Shown here: piece after piece, positions 17,754 through 26,516 of the stretch | How the letters are laid out: each line of letters begins with the position of its first letter | How positions within the stretch are numbered: the first letter of the stretch is position 1 | NCBI GenBank assembly: GCA_913043225.1 | Contig: CAJWLU010000002.1 | Coordinates: 91,457 to 155,456, forward strand | Direction of reading: 5' to 3' | From: an uncultured Acidobacteriota bacterium | GTDB lineage: Bacteria > Acidobacteriota > Vicinamibacteria > Vicinamibacterales > UBA8438 | DNA length: 64,000 nt | Made by a program: the position numbers and the translations under genes | Notes under the pieces: generated by a model | Databases searched by the model: none | Told to the model about the DNA's origin: nothing | The model's input: only the letters and a program-made list of their open reading frames with translations

Positions 17754-18275
17754 GTGGTCGTTTGGATCATAGGGATGTCGGGGGCGGGCAAGACGGCCAT
17801 CGGTACCGAGGTGCATCGCCAGTGGAAGGCGACCGGCGCGCCGGTCGTGATGGTGGATGGGGATCAGGTAAGGCGGATCGTGGGGCAGGACCAGAGCGAT
17901 GCCGACTACACGCTGGTGGCAAGGCGCAAGAATGCCGAACGTTTGTTCGAGATCTGTCGCTGGCTTGATCTGGAAGGGATCAATGTCGTCTGCTCCCACC
18001 TGTCGCTCTTCGCCGACCTCCGCGACCGTAACCGCGAGACTTTCTCGAGTTACTTCGAAGTCTTCGTCGACGTGCCGATTGATGTCCTGGTCGAACGAGA
18101 CGACAAAGGGATTTATCAGGCCGCGCGGCGCGGCGAGACCGCCAATGTGGTGGGGGTTGACATCGATTTTCCGAGACCGGAGCGTGCGGATCTGGTCGTG
18201 GAAAACGGTGGGTTCAATGTCCCTCTCTCGCGCTGGGCCGGGGACATCCTTCGTGCGGTGGGCATAGTCGCGTAA
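17754..18275 (+). CDS. Adenylylsulfate-kinase (CysC)-like P-loop kinase
   Basis: GTG start 13 nt after the upstream stop. GMSGAGKT P-loop, VDGDQVRR, and FEVFVDVPIDVLVERDDKGIYQAARRGE...PERADLVV match the APS kinase fold. Confidence 0.8.
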   Translation: MVVWIIGMSGAGKTAIGTEVHRQWKATGAPVVMVDGDQVRRIVGQDQSDADYTLVARRKNAERLFEICRWLDLEGINVVCSHLSLFADLRDRNRETFSSYFEVFVDVPIDVLVERDDKGIYQAARRGETANVVGVDIDFPRPERADLVVENGGFNVPLSRWAGDILRAVGIVA

Positions 18276-18346
18276 GCCCTGATTTGGGCGGATGCGATAG
18301 CGGCCCAGTGGCCAGTGCTGGTCAGGCGATCCCGGACCGTGCCGTG

Positions 18347-19516
18347 TTAGACCGTTTCCGCCGGACTTGCCGGCGCTTGTCCGGTCAGCCGCTCGGTCAG
18401 CCGCTCGACGACGTAGTCCTGCATCTCGGTCGTCAATTCGGGATAGATGGGGAGAGCAAGCGAGTGCTCGGCGGCGTATTCACTGTGTGGAAAACAGCCT
18501 TCGGTGTATCCAAGCGAAGCGAAGCATGGCTGCAGGTGCGCGGGCACGGGGTAGTACACCTCTGTGCCGATTCCGCTTGTGGTCAGCCAGGACCGGAGGC
18601 CGTCCCGGTCTGACGACACCGAGATCACATACTGGTTGTAGACGTGGTCCCGTCGCTCGCCACGGGGGGACGGAGTGGTGATGCCTGGCAGCCGCAGGTG
18701 CTCGTCATAGTACGCGGCGTTGGCCTGCCGTTCGCTATGCCACTCCTCAAGGTGGTCGAGCTTGACGCGAAGGATCGCCGCCTGAAGCGGATCGAGCCGG
18801 AAGTTGCCGCCGACTAGTGCGTGGCGGTGCTTCGGGTGGGCCCCGTGGTTCCTCAGGCACCGGACTCGCTCAGCCAGCTGCGCGTCGTCGGTCACCACCA
18901 TGCCCCCGTCGCCCATCGCACCCAGGTTCTTGCTTGGGAAGAACGAATAGCAACCGATGGTGCCCATGGCGCCGGCATGACGCCGCTCACCATTCCAGTC
19001 GTAGCTGGCGCCGATCGCCTGCGCAGCATCTTCCACCACGGGGATGCCGCGGGCCTGGGCGAGATCCAGGAGCGGCACCATGTCGGCGCATTGGCCAAAC
19101 AGGTGTACGGGGACGATCGCTTTGACCCGTCCGGCGTCCGCAGAATTTTTGTCGAACCACTGCCGCAATTGGTAGGGGTCGAGATTGTAGGTGGCCGGGT
19201 CGATATCGACGAAGACCGCCGTGGCACCCAGACGGCTGATGGTGCCGATGGTGGCGAAGAACGAATACGGGGTAGTCAGCACGAGATCGCCTGGTCCCAC
19301 CCCGAGCGCGGTGAGCGAGACGAGCAGCGCGTCGGTGCCTGATGAGACGCCGATGGCGTGCCGGCTGCCCACGTAGCCGGCGATGGCCTGCTCCAGCTCC
19401 TCGACTTTAGGGCCCCCAATATAGCGAGTAGAGTCGACGACCTCGTCGATGGCGATCCGGAGCGGCTCCCTAATCTGGCTCAACTGCTGCCGCAGGTCGA
19501 GCAGCGGTACCTGCAT
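18347..19516 (-). CDS. DegT/DnrJ/EryC1/StrS-family PLP-dependent sugar aminotransferase (second copy)
   Basis: [11 protein letters not shown]...[11 protein letters not shown]...[16 protein letters not shown]. The ORF runs to 19648. ATG 19516 is chosen by analogy with the other DegT N-terminus; ATG 19531 and 19564 are possible. Confidence 0.85.
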   Translation of the reverse strand: MQVPLLDLRQQLSQIREPLRIAIDEVVDSTRYIGGPKVEELEQAIAGYVGSRHAIGVSSGTDALLVSLTALGVGPGDLVLTTPYSFFATIGTISRLGATAVFVDIDPATYNLDPYQLRQWFDKNSADAGRVKAIVPVHLFGQCADMVPLLDLAQARGIPVVEDAAQAIGASYDWNGERRHAGAMGTIGCYSFFPSKNLGAMGDGGMVVTDDAQLAERVRCLRNHGAHPKHRHALVGGNFRLDPLQAAILRVKLDHLEEWHSERQANAAYYDEHLRLPGITTPSPRGERRDHVYNQYVISVSSDRDGLRSWLTTSGIGTEVYYPVPAHLQPCFASLGYTEGCFPHSEYAAEHSLALPIYPELTTEMQDYVVERLTERLTGQAPASPAETV

Positions 19517-19766
19517 CCGCGCGTTGCTCATATGGTTTGTACCGGAGATGGAGTCAACCCGCATAGTATAATTTGGACACTCCAAGGCACACCGACCAGA
19601 GACGCTGATTCCCGGGATTCCGCAGGGTTCCCCAGGCCTGCCACGCAACGAGACGAGCTCTGTTATGCCTCAGCGACTGGCACGACTCCTGGCCTGGTTG
19701 GAGACCTGGTGCCGTCCCATGGCGTTCCAGCCCGGGGCGTCTGAAGTCGCCGCTTGAGTCAGGGGC

Positions 19767-20657
19767 TCAGTTCAGGCTTGCCACCCGGCGCCGCAGCGCC
19801 TTGACGTGTCCCCAGATTTCGTCGCGTTCCTCCCGGGTCTCTTCCCCGTCGTCCCCACGGGAAGCGAACTGCAGATACGCCTCCAGGTCTCGCAACGCCG
19901 CTGTGTAGTCGTTCAGATGGTAGGCGAGCAGACCTCGATCCCGGAGCTCGCTGAGCGCAGACGGGTTGATAGACAGGAGCAGATCGGTGACGGCCCGACC
20001 CTGAGGGAACGACCTCATCCGTACGTAGAGACGCTTGAGGTTGACCAGCATCCGCACGAGGATTTGCTGCTTGGTCGCCGGACGAAGCAGTGTCTGGGCG
20101 AATGCGACCGAGCCGCCGGCGTGACGCCGGAGTAGCGCCCGGCAGTCGGTTTCCGATAGCACCGTGCCGCCGTCGAACGGATCAACCACGACGGCGCTCT
20201 CTGGCGCGTCGCCCGCTCCCAGCGGAAAGCGGAGCAGGAAGTGCCCGGGGAAGTTCACGCCTTCAACCTGGATCCCCGCCCGGCGGGCCACCTCGATGTA
20301 GACCACCGCCAGCGTGATGGGGATACCGGTCCGGCGCTCGAGCACCTGGTTGAGGAAGCTGTTCCGCAGGTCGTCGTAATCGGTGGCGTTGCCAGCGAAC
20401 CCCTGGTCTTCGAACAGATAGTGGTTGAGACTGTGCAGCGGACCCCGGGGGGCGGCTCGACCGGTGGTGTCCAGGCGTCCCGCCATGTCCTCGCCCATTT
20501 GCTCCAGTCGCCCGAGGTAGGGAGACGGGTCGAGCGTCGGGTAGCCGAGGCGGGCAATGAGCAGTGCCGGCTCAGCCAGGCCCTGGTCGGGGCTGGTGGC
20601 GGCCTTGGCGAACTCCTGAACGAGTTCTGGCGTCATTACAGCGCAGCCGTCTTCCAT
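19767..20657 (-). CDS. SirB1-family protein (transglutaminase-like N-domain + TPR)
   Basis: YLFEDQGFAGNATDYDDLRNSFLNQVLERRTGIPITLAVVYIEVARRAGIQVEGVNFPGHFLLRF is typical of SirB1/UPF0162. Confidence 0.7.
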   Translation of the reverse strand: MEDGCAVMTPELVQEFAKAATSPDQGLAEPALLIARLGYPTLDPSPYLGRLEQMGEDMAGRLDTTGRAAPRGPLHSLNHYLFEDQGFAGNATDYDDLRNSFLNQVLERRTGIPITLAVVYIEVARRAGIQVEGVNFPGHFLLRFPLGAGDAPESAVVVDPFDGGTVLSETDCRALLRRHAGGSVAFAQTLLRPATKQQILVRMLVNLKRLYVRMRSFPQGRAVTDLLLSINPSALSELRDRGLLAYHLNDYTAALRDLEAYLQFASRGDDGEETREERDEIWGHVKALRRRVASLN

Positions 20658-20668
20658 CTTGTTAATGA

Positions 20669-21346
20669 TTATTGCACCGCTAGCCGTCGGAGGAGGGCGA
20701 GGTCGACGTCCGCAATAGACGCCACGACCGCATCGGCAGCGGTCAGTGCCGAGGCCGGGTAGGTTTGAGCGACGCCGAGGCAGCGGAGGCCGGCCGACTG
20801 TGCCGACGTGATGCCCCAGTACGAGTCTTCGATGGCGACGAAGCGGCCCTTGGGTTCGGTGACCAATGGACGTAGTCGCGCAACCGCCTCGAGGTACGGA
20901 TCTGGAGCCGGCTTGGACTGAGACGTGTCGCCAGCGGCCACGATCGTGCGGAAGAGAGGCCGAAGGCCGGTGGCGTCCAGCAGCGCCTCAATCTCGCCAC
21001 CAAGCGCGCCCGACGCGATCGCGATCGGCACCTCGGCCGCGATCCGTCGCACGCATTCCGCCGCGCCTGGAAACAGCGCTTCGCCAGCCGCCGTTAGCGT
21101 ACTGAAGTGGTGACTCTTGGCGGACACGAGCGCCGAGAGCTCGGCGTCCGAGATGGACCAGTGCTGATCGCGGGCGACGGCTCGGAACGCCCCCACATCG
21201 TCGAACCCGAGGTAGCGGTCGAAGTAGGTCTGTTTGTCGAGGTGGCGACCGTGCGGCTCGAGTGCAGCCTGAAAGGCGCGCAGATGGAGCGGCTCGCTAT
21301 CGGCGAGCACGCCGTCGAAGTCGAACACGACCGCTGCAAGCGGCAC
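20669..21346 (-). CDS. HAD-superfamily hydrolase (beta-phosphoglucomutase-like subfamily IA)
   Basis: VVFDFDGVLADSEPLH motif I, followed by SG and K...DS motifs. Confidence 0.85.
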   Translation of the reverse strand: MPLAAVVFDFDGVLADSEPLHLRAFQAALEPHGRHLDKQTYFDRYLGFDDVGAFRAVARDQHWSISDAELSALVSAKSHHFSTLTAAGEALFPGAAECVRRIAAEVPIAIASGALGGEIEALLDATGLRPLFRTIVAAGDTSQSKPAPDPYLEAVARLRPLVTEPKGRFVAIEDSYWGITSAQSAGLRCLGVAQTYPASALTAADAVVASIADVDLALLRRLAVQ

Positions 21347-21349
21347 GGG

Positions 21350-22036
21350 TCAGGGTTGGTCCGGGGGAGTGTCCCCGGAGGAATCCGGCGCTTGGTCGAA
21401 GTCGACCTTCGGGGCGTCGAAGCCTGGCGCCAGTTGCTCGCCGGCCCGGATTTGGACCTCGAGCCAGTTCTCTCTGGGCGGTACCGGGCATTCCCAGGCT
21501 TCGTCGTAGTAGCAGTTCGGGTTGAATGCCCGGTTGAAGTCCAGTTCGTAGATACCACTGGCGGTGCGTGGGAGCTCTAGGTAGCGGCCTCCACCGTAGG
21601 TCTCACTGTCGTTCGTCGTGTCCTTGAACATGATGAACAGTGAGTCGATGGAGCGAACCGGCGCCTCGGCCAGCGCCGAGAGTTGCATCGGTTCGCCGTT
21701 GAGTGCGAACTTCAGGACTCCGACTCGTTGCATCGGAAAGATCTGACCGGTTGAGTATGGAATGTCGAAGATCTCCTGCTCAGGAGAGACTTCGAGCGCG
21801 GCCGCGACCCGGAAGGTCGGATCGGGGTCGTAGTAGTTGATAGGCAGAAGCACTCCCCGCCGCTCGACCGGGATCGGTGAGATCGGGTTCTCCCGGTGAT
21901 ACTGGTTCAACTGGTCGCGATGCGTCGTCAGCTGCTCCAGCCAGCCGGTCTCATCTGGTGGCGGCGCCGTACAGGCAGCAGACGCCACGAGCGCCGCTGT
22001 CAGGATGGCTGATCCAACTGGTACGTTCCACTTCAT
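21350..22036 (-). CDS. DUF1684 lipoprotein
   Basis: Signal/lipobox LVASAAC, then YYDPDPTFRV...YGGGRYL...DFNRAFNPNCYYDEAWECPVPPRENWL, typical of DUF1684. Confidence 0.8.
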   Translation of the reverse strand: MKWNVPVGSAILTAALVASAACTAPPPDETGWLEQLTTHRDQLNQYHRENPISPIPVERRGVLLPINYYDPDPTFRVAAALEVSPEQEIFDIPYSTGQIFPMQRVGVLKFALNGEPMQLSALAEAPVRSIDSLFIMFKDTTNDSETYGGGRYLELPRTASGIYELDFNRAFNPNCYYDEAWECPVPPRENWLEVQIRAGEQLAPGFDAPKVDFDQAPDSSGDTPPDQP

Positions 22037-23811
22037 CCCAAGCTATATCCTGCCCTGTCGACGACCGCGTCCGCAAGCCGCCGACGCATGGCGGTGGTGT
22101 TGACCGGCGTGACCTTGAGCAGACGCCTGAGCGCACCCAGGTTCATCCGCAGCGAATCGCCTTCGTCCATTGCCGCCAGTGCCGACCGTGCGGCCGCCTC
22201 GATCCGATAGGTGGCGTCGTTGACCCAGACCGCCGCGGCGTCCTGTTGAAGTGCGGCCGAGCTTGGGGTATCGTCCGTCGCCTGAAGCGCTCGGAGCACG
22301 GCGCTTTCGGAAAGGAACGTGTCAATCAGTATGTCCGCCGTCCACGAGAGGATCTCCTGTTCTTCCGTGAGCTTCTCGCCATAGCGCTGCATGGCGAGTC
22401 CTAGCACCATGATTGCCGCCTTCTTGAAGGCCGCCACGACTTTCCGCTGCTCGCCGAGCGGTTCGTCGGACGGTTCCGAGAGCGCCGGCGGGCTCATGAT
22501 CTCGTCCTGAAGCTGCTTGGCCGCTGGGATGAGGGGAAGGCCGCCCTTCAGCGCACGCCGGATGAGCGTGCCTGGAATCAGAAGCCGGTTGATCTCATTG
22601 GTGCCCTCGAAGATGCGGTTTACACGGCTGTCGCGATAGTGTCGCTCGGCAGCGTAGTCCTTCACGAACCCGTTTCCGCCATGTATCTGGACGTTCTCGT
22701 CGAGCACATAGTGAAGCATCTCGCTGCCCGCGACCTTAAGGATGGAGCACTCGACAGCCAGCTCCTCGAGGGTGTCTCGTAGCAGGGCCGCATCTTTCGC
22801 GTCGTGGTTGGCCAGCGCGTCGTCGAGCGCACCGGTGGTTCGATAGATGCCGCTTTCCACCGCGTAGGTACGGGAGGTCATCTCGCCAATCTTGTATTTG
22901 ATCGCCCCAAAGCTGGCGATCGGCCGTCCGAACTGGTGGCGTTCGGCGGCATAGCGGGCCGATTCTCCGATGGCGCTGGTCGCGCTTCCGCTTGCCATCA
23001 CCGCGAGCTTGAAGCGGCCGTAGTTCAGCGTGTTGAACGCGACCTTGTGTCCCTTTCCGATATCACCGAGTACGTTGTCAGCTGGTACCACCACATCATG
23101 AAAAATGACCGGTGTCGTGGATGAGCCATGTAGGCCCATCTTGTGCTCTTCCTTGCCGGTGGACACGCCAGAGTAGGTCCGCTCGACCAGGAACGCGGTG
23201 AAGTGCTCGCCGTCGACCTTGGCGAACACCACAAACAGGTCGGCGAAGCCTCCGTTCGTAATCCACATCTTCTCGCCGCTGATCTTGTAGCTGCCGTCGT
23301 CTTGGCTGGTTGCCCGGGTCTTGGCGCCGAGCGCATCCGATCCTGAGCCAGATTCGCTGAGACAGTAGGCGCCGACCCACTCGCCGCTGACCAGCTTCTC
23401 GAGATAACGGGCCTTCTGGTCCTCGGTACCGAAACACTGCAGCGGCAGGATGGCGAGACCGGTCTGCGCACCGTAGGTTGATCCGAACGAGCCGCCCTGG
23501 CCAATCCGACACCCGACAACGACCGAGGACGCTTTGTCGAGTTCGACCCCGCCGTATGCCTCGGGTACGTCGGTGCCCATCAGGCCAAGCTCGCCCGCTC
23601 GACGGACGAGCTGACGCGCCAGCTCCCAGTCCTTGGTTTCCAGTTGGTCGTGGTTGGGCGTGATCTCTTTGGAGACGAACTCCTCGGCGGTCTGGTCGAT
23701 CAGTCGATGCTCTTCGCTCAGTCGCTCGGGAGTGAACGTCTCGCCTGGAGCCGACTCCTCTAGGAGCCAGGCTCCACCCTTGATCTCAGCCGGCGTTGCT
23801 GTCGTCGTCAT
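22033..23811 (-). CDS. fadE: Long-type acyl-CoA dehydrogenase (FadE-like, 592 aa)
   Basis: ACAD N/M/C-domain motifs (GSDALGAKTRA, WITNGGFADLF, IHGGNGF...YRDSRVNRIFEGTNEI) plus a C-terminal extension. Confidence 0.9.
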   Translation of the reverse strand: MTTTATPAEIKGGAWLLEESAPGETFTPERLSEEHRLIDQTAEEFVSKEITPNHDQLETKDWELARQLVRRAGELGLMGTDVPEAYGGVELDKASSVVVGCRIGQGGSFGSTYGAQTGLAILPLQCFGTEDQKARYLEKLVSGEWVGAYCLSESGSGSDALGAKTRATSQDDGSYKISGEKMWITNGGFADLFVVFAKVDGEHFTAFLVERTYSGVSTGKEEHKMGLHGSSTTPVIFHDVVVPADNVLGDIGKGHKVAFNTLNYGRFKLAVMASGSATSAIGESARYAAERHQFGRPIASFGAIKYKIGEMTSRTYAVESGIYRTTGALDDALANHDAKDAALLRDTLEELAVECSILKVAGSEMLHYVLDENVQIHGGNGFVKDYAAERHYRDSRVNRIFEGTNEINRLLIPGTLIRRALKGGLPLIPAAKQLQDEIMSPPALSEPSDEPLGEQRKVVAAFKKAAIMVLGLAMQRYGEKLTEEQEILSWTADILIDTFLSESAVLRALQATDDTPSSAALQQDAAAVWVNDATYRIEAAARSALAAMDEGDSLRMNLGALRRLLKVTPVNTTAMRRRLADAVVDRAGYSLG

Positions 23812-23850
23812 CGTCAGATCCTCATCAAAAGAGACGGGGTGTTTGCCCCT

Positions 23851-25032
23851 TCAGGTCAGTCGTTCGAAGATGCCGGCGGCGCCCATTCCGCCGCCGACGC
23901 ACATGGTGACCAGGCCGTAGCGCCCTTCGCGCCGCCTCAGCTCGTATAGCAGGCTGGTCGTTAGCTTGGCGCCGGTGCAGCCGAGCGGATGTCCCAGTGC
24001 GATCGCGCCGCCGTTGACGTTCAGCTTGTCCCGATCGATCGGAAGCTCCCGCAGGCAGGCGAGCACCTGGGCGGCGAATGCCTCGTTGAGCTCCACGAGA
24101 TCGATGTCGTCGAGGCTTAGCCCGGTTCGTTCGAGTACCTTCTTGATGGCGGGCACCGGGCCCACTCCGAAGCGTTCGGGGTCGACACCGGCGGTGGCGT
24201 AAGCCACGAACCGCCCGAGCGGCTGAAGGCCAGCGCGCTCGGCGCGCTCCCGCGAAGTAACCACGACCGCCGCCGCACCATCGCTCGTCTGCGACGAGTT
24301 TCCCGCGGTTACCGACCCACCCACGCGGAAGGCCGGGCGCAGGCCGGCTAGCACTTCGAGCGAGGTGTCGGCGCGTGGGCCTTCGTCCGTGTCAAACCGA
24401 ACGTGGTTGACGGTGGGTCGGCTCCCATTGCCTGGCGCGACCACCTTGATGTCGAGCGGCGCGATCTCGTCCTTGAAGCGTCTGGCATCGATCGCCGCGA
24501 TCGCGCGCTCGTGGCTCGCCAGCGCGTAAGCGTCCTGCTCTTCGCGAGACACTTCCGCCTCCAGCACGTGGTTCTCTGCGACTAGGCCCGTCGAGAGATA
24601 CACGTCAGGGTAGTCCTGCATCAACTGGGGATTTGGGGCGATCTTGTTGCCACCCATCGGAATCAAGCTCATCGACTCGGTGCCCCCGGCGATAATGGTC
24701 TCCGCCGCGCCCACCATCACGCGCTCCGCCGCGTAGGCGATCGCCTGCAGGCCCGAGGAGCAGAACCGATTGATGGTGACCGCCGACGCGCTGTTCGGCA
24801 CTCCGGCGCGAAGACTCGCGATGCGCGCCACGTTCATGCCCTGTTCGCCTTCGGGCATGGCGCAGCCGAGAATGACGTCCTCGACCTCCTCCGGTGCGAT
24901 GCCTGGCGCGCGGTGCAGCGCTTCCTGGATGACGGTGGCCGCCATCTCGTCGGGACGGGTTGCCCGAAGTGTTCCCTTGGGGGCCTTTCCCACCGCCGTG
25001 CGTACTGCCGAGGCGATGACTGCGTCGGTCAT
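23851..25032 (-). CDS. fadA: Acetyl-CoA C-acyltransferase (thiolase)
   Basis: [10 protein letters not shown] active-site Cys and the C-terminal [18 protein letters not shown] thiolase signature. Confidence 0.9.
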   Translation of the reverse strand: MTDAVIASAVRTAVGKAPKGTLRATRPDEMAATVIQEALHRAPGIAPEEVEDVILGCAMPEGEQGMNVARIASLRAGVPNSASAVTINRFCSSGLQAIAYAAERVMVGAAETIIAGGTESMSLIPMGGNKIAPNPQLMQDYPDVYLSTGLVAENHVLEAEVSREEQDAYALASHERAIAAIDARRFKDEIAPLDIKVVAPGNGSRPTVNHVRFDTDEGPRADTSLEVLAGLRPAFRVGGSVTAGNSSQTSDGAAAVVVTSRERAERAGLQPLGRFVAYATAGVDPERFGVGPVPAIKKVLERTGLSLDDIDLVELNEAFAAQVLACLRELPIDRDKLNVNGGAIALGHPLGCTGAKLTTSLLYELRRREGRYGLVTMCVGGGMGAAGIFERLT

Positions 25033-25694
25033 GACTGCTCCTCTCCGAACCCGCGCTCGATCGCGGTGCCCACGGCCGGTACCCAGCCGTCGAATAGATG
25101 ATTGGCGCCGTCGATCACCGTGAGGGTCTTCGGCGGATTGACCTGTTCGTAGAACTCTCGGAGTAGGTCGATCGGGATGAGCTCGTCCTCGGTACCGTGG
25201 ATGAAGTACATCGGTTTTCCGCTGGCGAGGACACCCTCGAAGTCACGTCTCCCAACCGGAGGCGCGATCGCGAGCAGCCGCGTAACCCGCGGATCGGTCA
25301 CGCCAGCGGTCAACGCGATCCAGGCGCCAAGGGAGAACCCCGCCGCCCACAGCTCGGCGCCCGGACAGGCGTCGGCGACGAAGTCGAGCCCGGCTTCGAA
25401 ATCGGCTCGTTCCCCTCGCCCTTCATCCCACTGGCCCTCGCTGGTGCCGACTCCGCGAAAGTTGAACCGGAGGACCGCGCATCCGAGGCGGAGAAAAGAC
25501 TTCGCCGTGCGGTAGACCACTTTGGTGTGCATCGTGCCCCCGTGCAGGGGGTGGGGGTGACCGACGACGACTCCGGCGCGGACATGGCCAGAGGGGCGAT
25601 CGAATAGCGCTTCGAGGCGTCCTGCTGGCCCGTCGAACTCGCGGACCGTCCTGTAGGTCCCGCTCGCTACGGGTGTCACATCGGTCGGGTTCAT
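25029..25694 (-). CDS. Alpha/beta hydrolase (COG2945-like)
   Basis: GHPHPLHGGTMHTKVV...FNFRGVGTSEG...GFSLGA nucleophile elbow. Starts and stops overlap both neighbours. Confidence 0.75.
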   Translation of the reverse strand: MNPTDVTPVASGTYRTVREFDGPAGRLEALFDRPSGHVRAGVVVGHPHPLHGGTMHTKVVYRTAKSFLRLGCAVLRFNFRGVGTSEGQWDEGRGERADFEAGLDFVADACPGAELWAAGFSLGAWIALTAGVTDPRVTRLLAIAPPVGRRDFEGVLASGKPMYFIHGTEDELIPIDLLREFYEQVNPPKTLTVIDGANHLFDGWVPAVGTAIERGFGEEQS

Positions 25695-26512
25695 GCTGGT
25701 TTCTGCAACGGTTCAGGTTGGCGTGTGTGTTCGATCACGAATTGACCAACTGTCTCGGCGAATTGTGCCGGTTTCGTGACGAGACCGAGGTGCCCGGTAC
25801 CCGCGATGGTGTGAGCCTTGGCTCCTTGGATCCTCTCCGCGTAGCGACGTGTCCCTTCTACTGCTACCACCCGGTCGAGCCCCGGCTCCCCGGTGACGAC
25901 GAGAGTGGGAGCGCTCACATGATCGCAGGCCGTCGCGAAGTCGACGGTGCCATCGGCCATCAGCTTAGCTCTGGTCGCCATGCGGGTCGGCGAGAACGGG
26001 TGTCGTACCACTGTCGCTAGATGGCTTGCGGCAAACCTTAGACGCAAGCCAAGGTGGTCGAACGCCTGCCAGATTTCAGGTCCCACCCGAAACGGCGACT
26101 GTGCGGCGAACAGCGGCGAGAGCAGTCGCGGCGCCCGCAGATACCACTCGATCCGGCAATCAGGACGCCATTCCGGAGCCGGCGTCGACGCGAGCACCAG
26201 CGATCGGGTCGCTTCGGGTCGCCGCGAGGCCCAGTACAGAGCGATCAAGCCGCCAAACGACACCCCGCACACTGCCGCGTCGCGAAGATTGGCGCGCGCC
26301 ATTAGATCGTCGATCTGCTCGAGGTAGTTGTCGAAGCCGCGCAGAGGGTCGTAGTCACGGCCACTGCCAGGTTCGCCGGCCAGTGAGACGGTCAGGACGC
26401 GACAGTATCGGGACAGGTGATGCACAGCCGGTCCCATCCATTCCCAGCGTCCCTGTACTCCTGCCACGAGCACCAGCGGCGGACCGGACCCGACATCGAC
26501 CAGACCAGTCAT
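25691..26512 (-). CDS. Alpha/beta-fold hydrolase
   Basis: PLVLVAGVQGRWEW...GVSFGGLIAL nucleophile motif and a C-terminal GTGHL His region. Confidence 0.8.
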   Translation of the reverse strand: MTGLVDVGSGPPLVLVAGVQGRWEWMGPAVHHLSRYCRVLTVSLAGEPGSGRDYDPLRGFDNYLEQIDDLMARANLRDAAVCGVSFGGLIALYWASRRPEATRSLVLASTPAPEWRPDCRIEWYLRAPRLLSPLFAAQSPFRVGPEIWQAFDHLGLRLRFAASHLATVVRHPFSPTRMATRAKLMADGTVDFATACDHVSAPTLVVTGEPGLDRVVAVEGTRRYAERIQGAKAHTIAGTGHLGLVTKPAQFAETVGQFVIEHTRQPEPLQKPA

Positions 26513-26516
26513 CGCT

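Noticed and set aside
19532-19766. Nested complementary segments (CCAGGCCTGCCA ... TGGCA ... CTGGCCTGG) occur in the 235-bp spacer between the SirB1-like stop and the second DegT start. This could be a structured RNA.
   Set aside because: The stems are short (5-7 bp) and separated by long unpaired loops. There is no recognisable riboswitch or sRNA consensus and no U-tract. Similar GC-rich self-complementarity arises easily in this composition.
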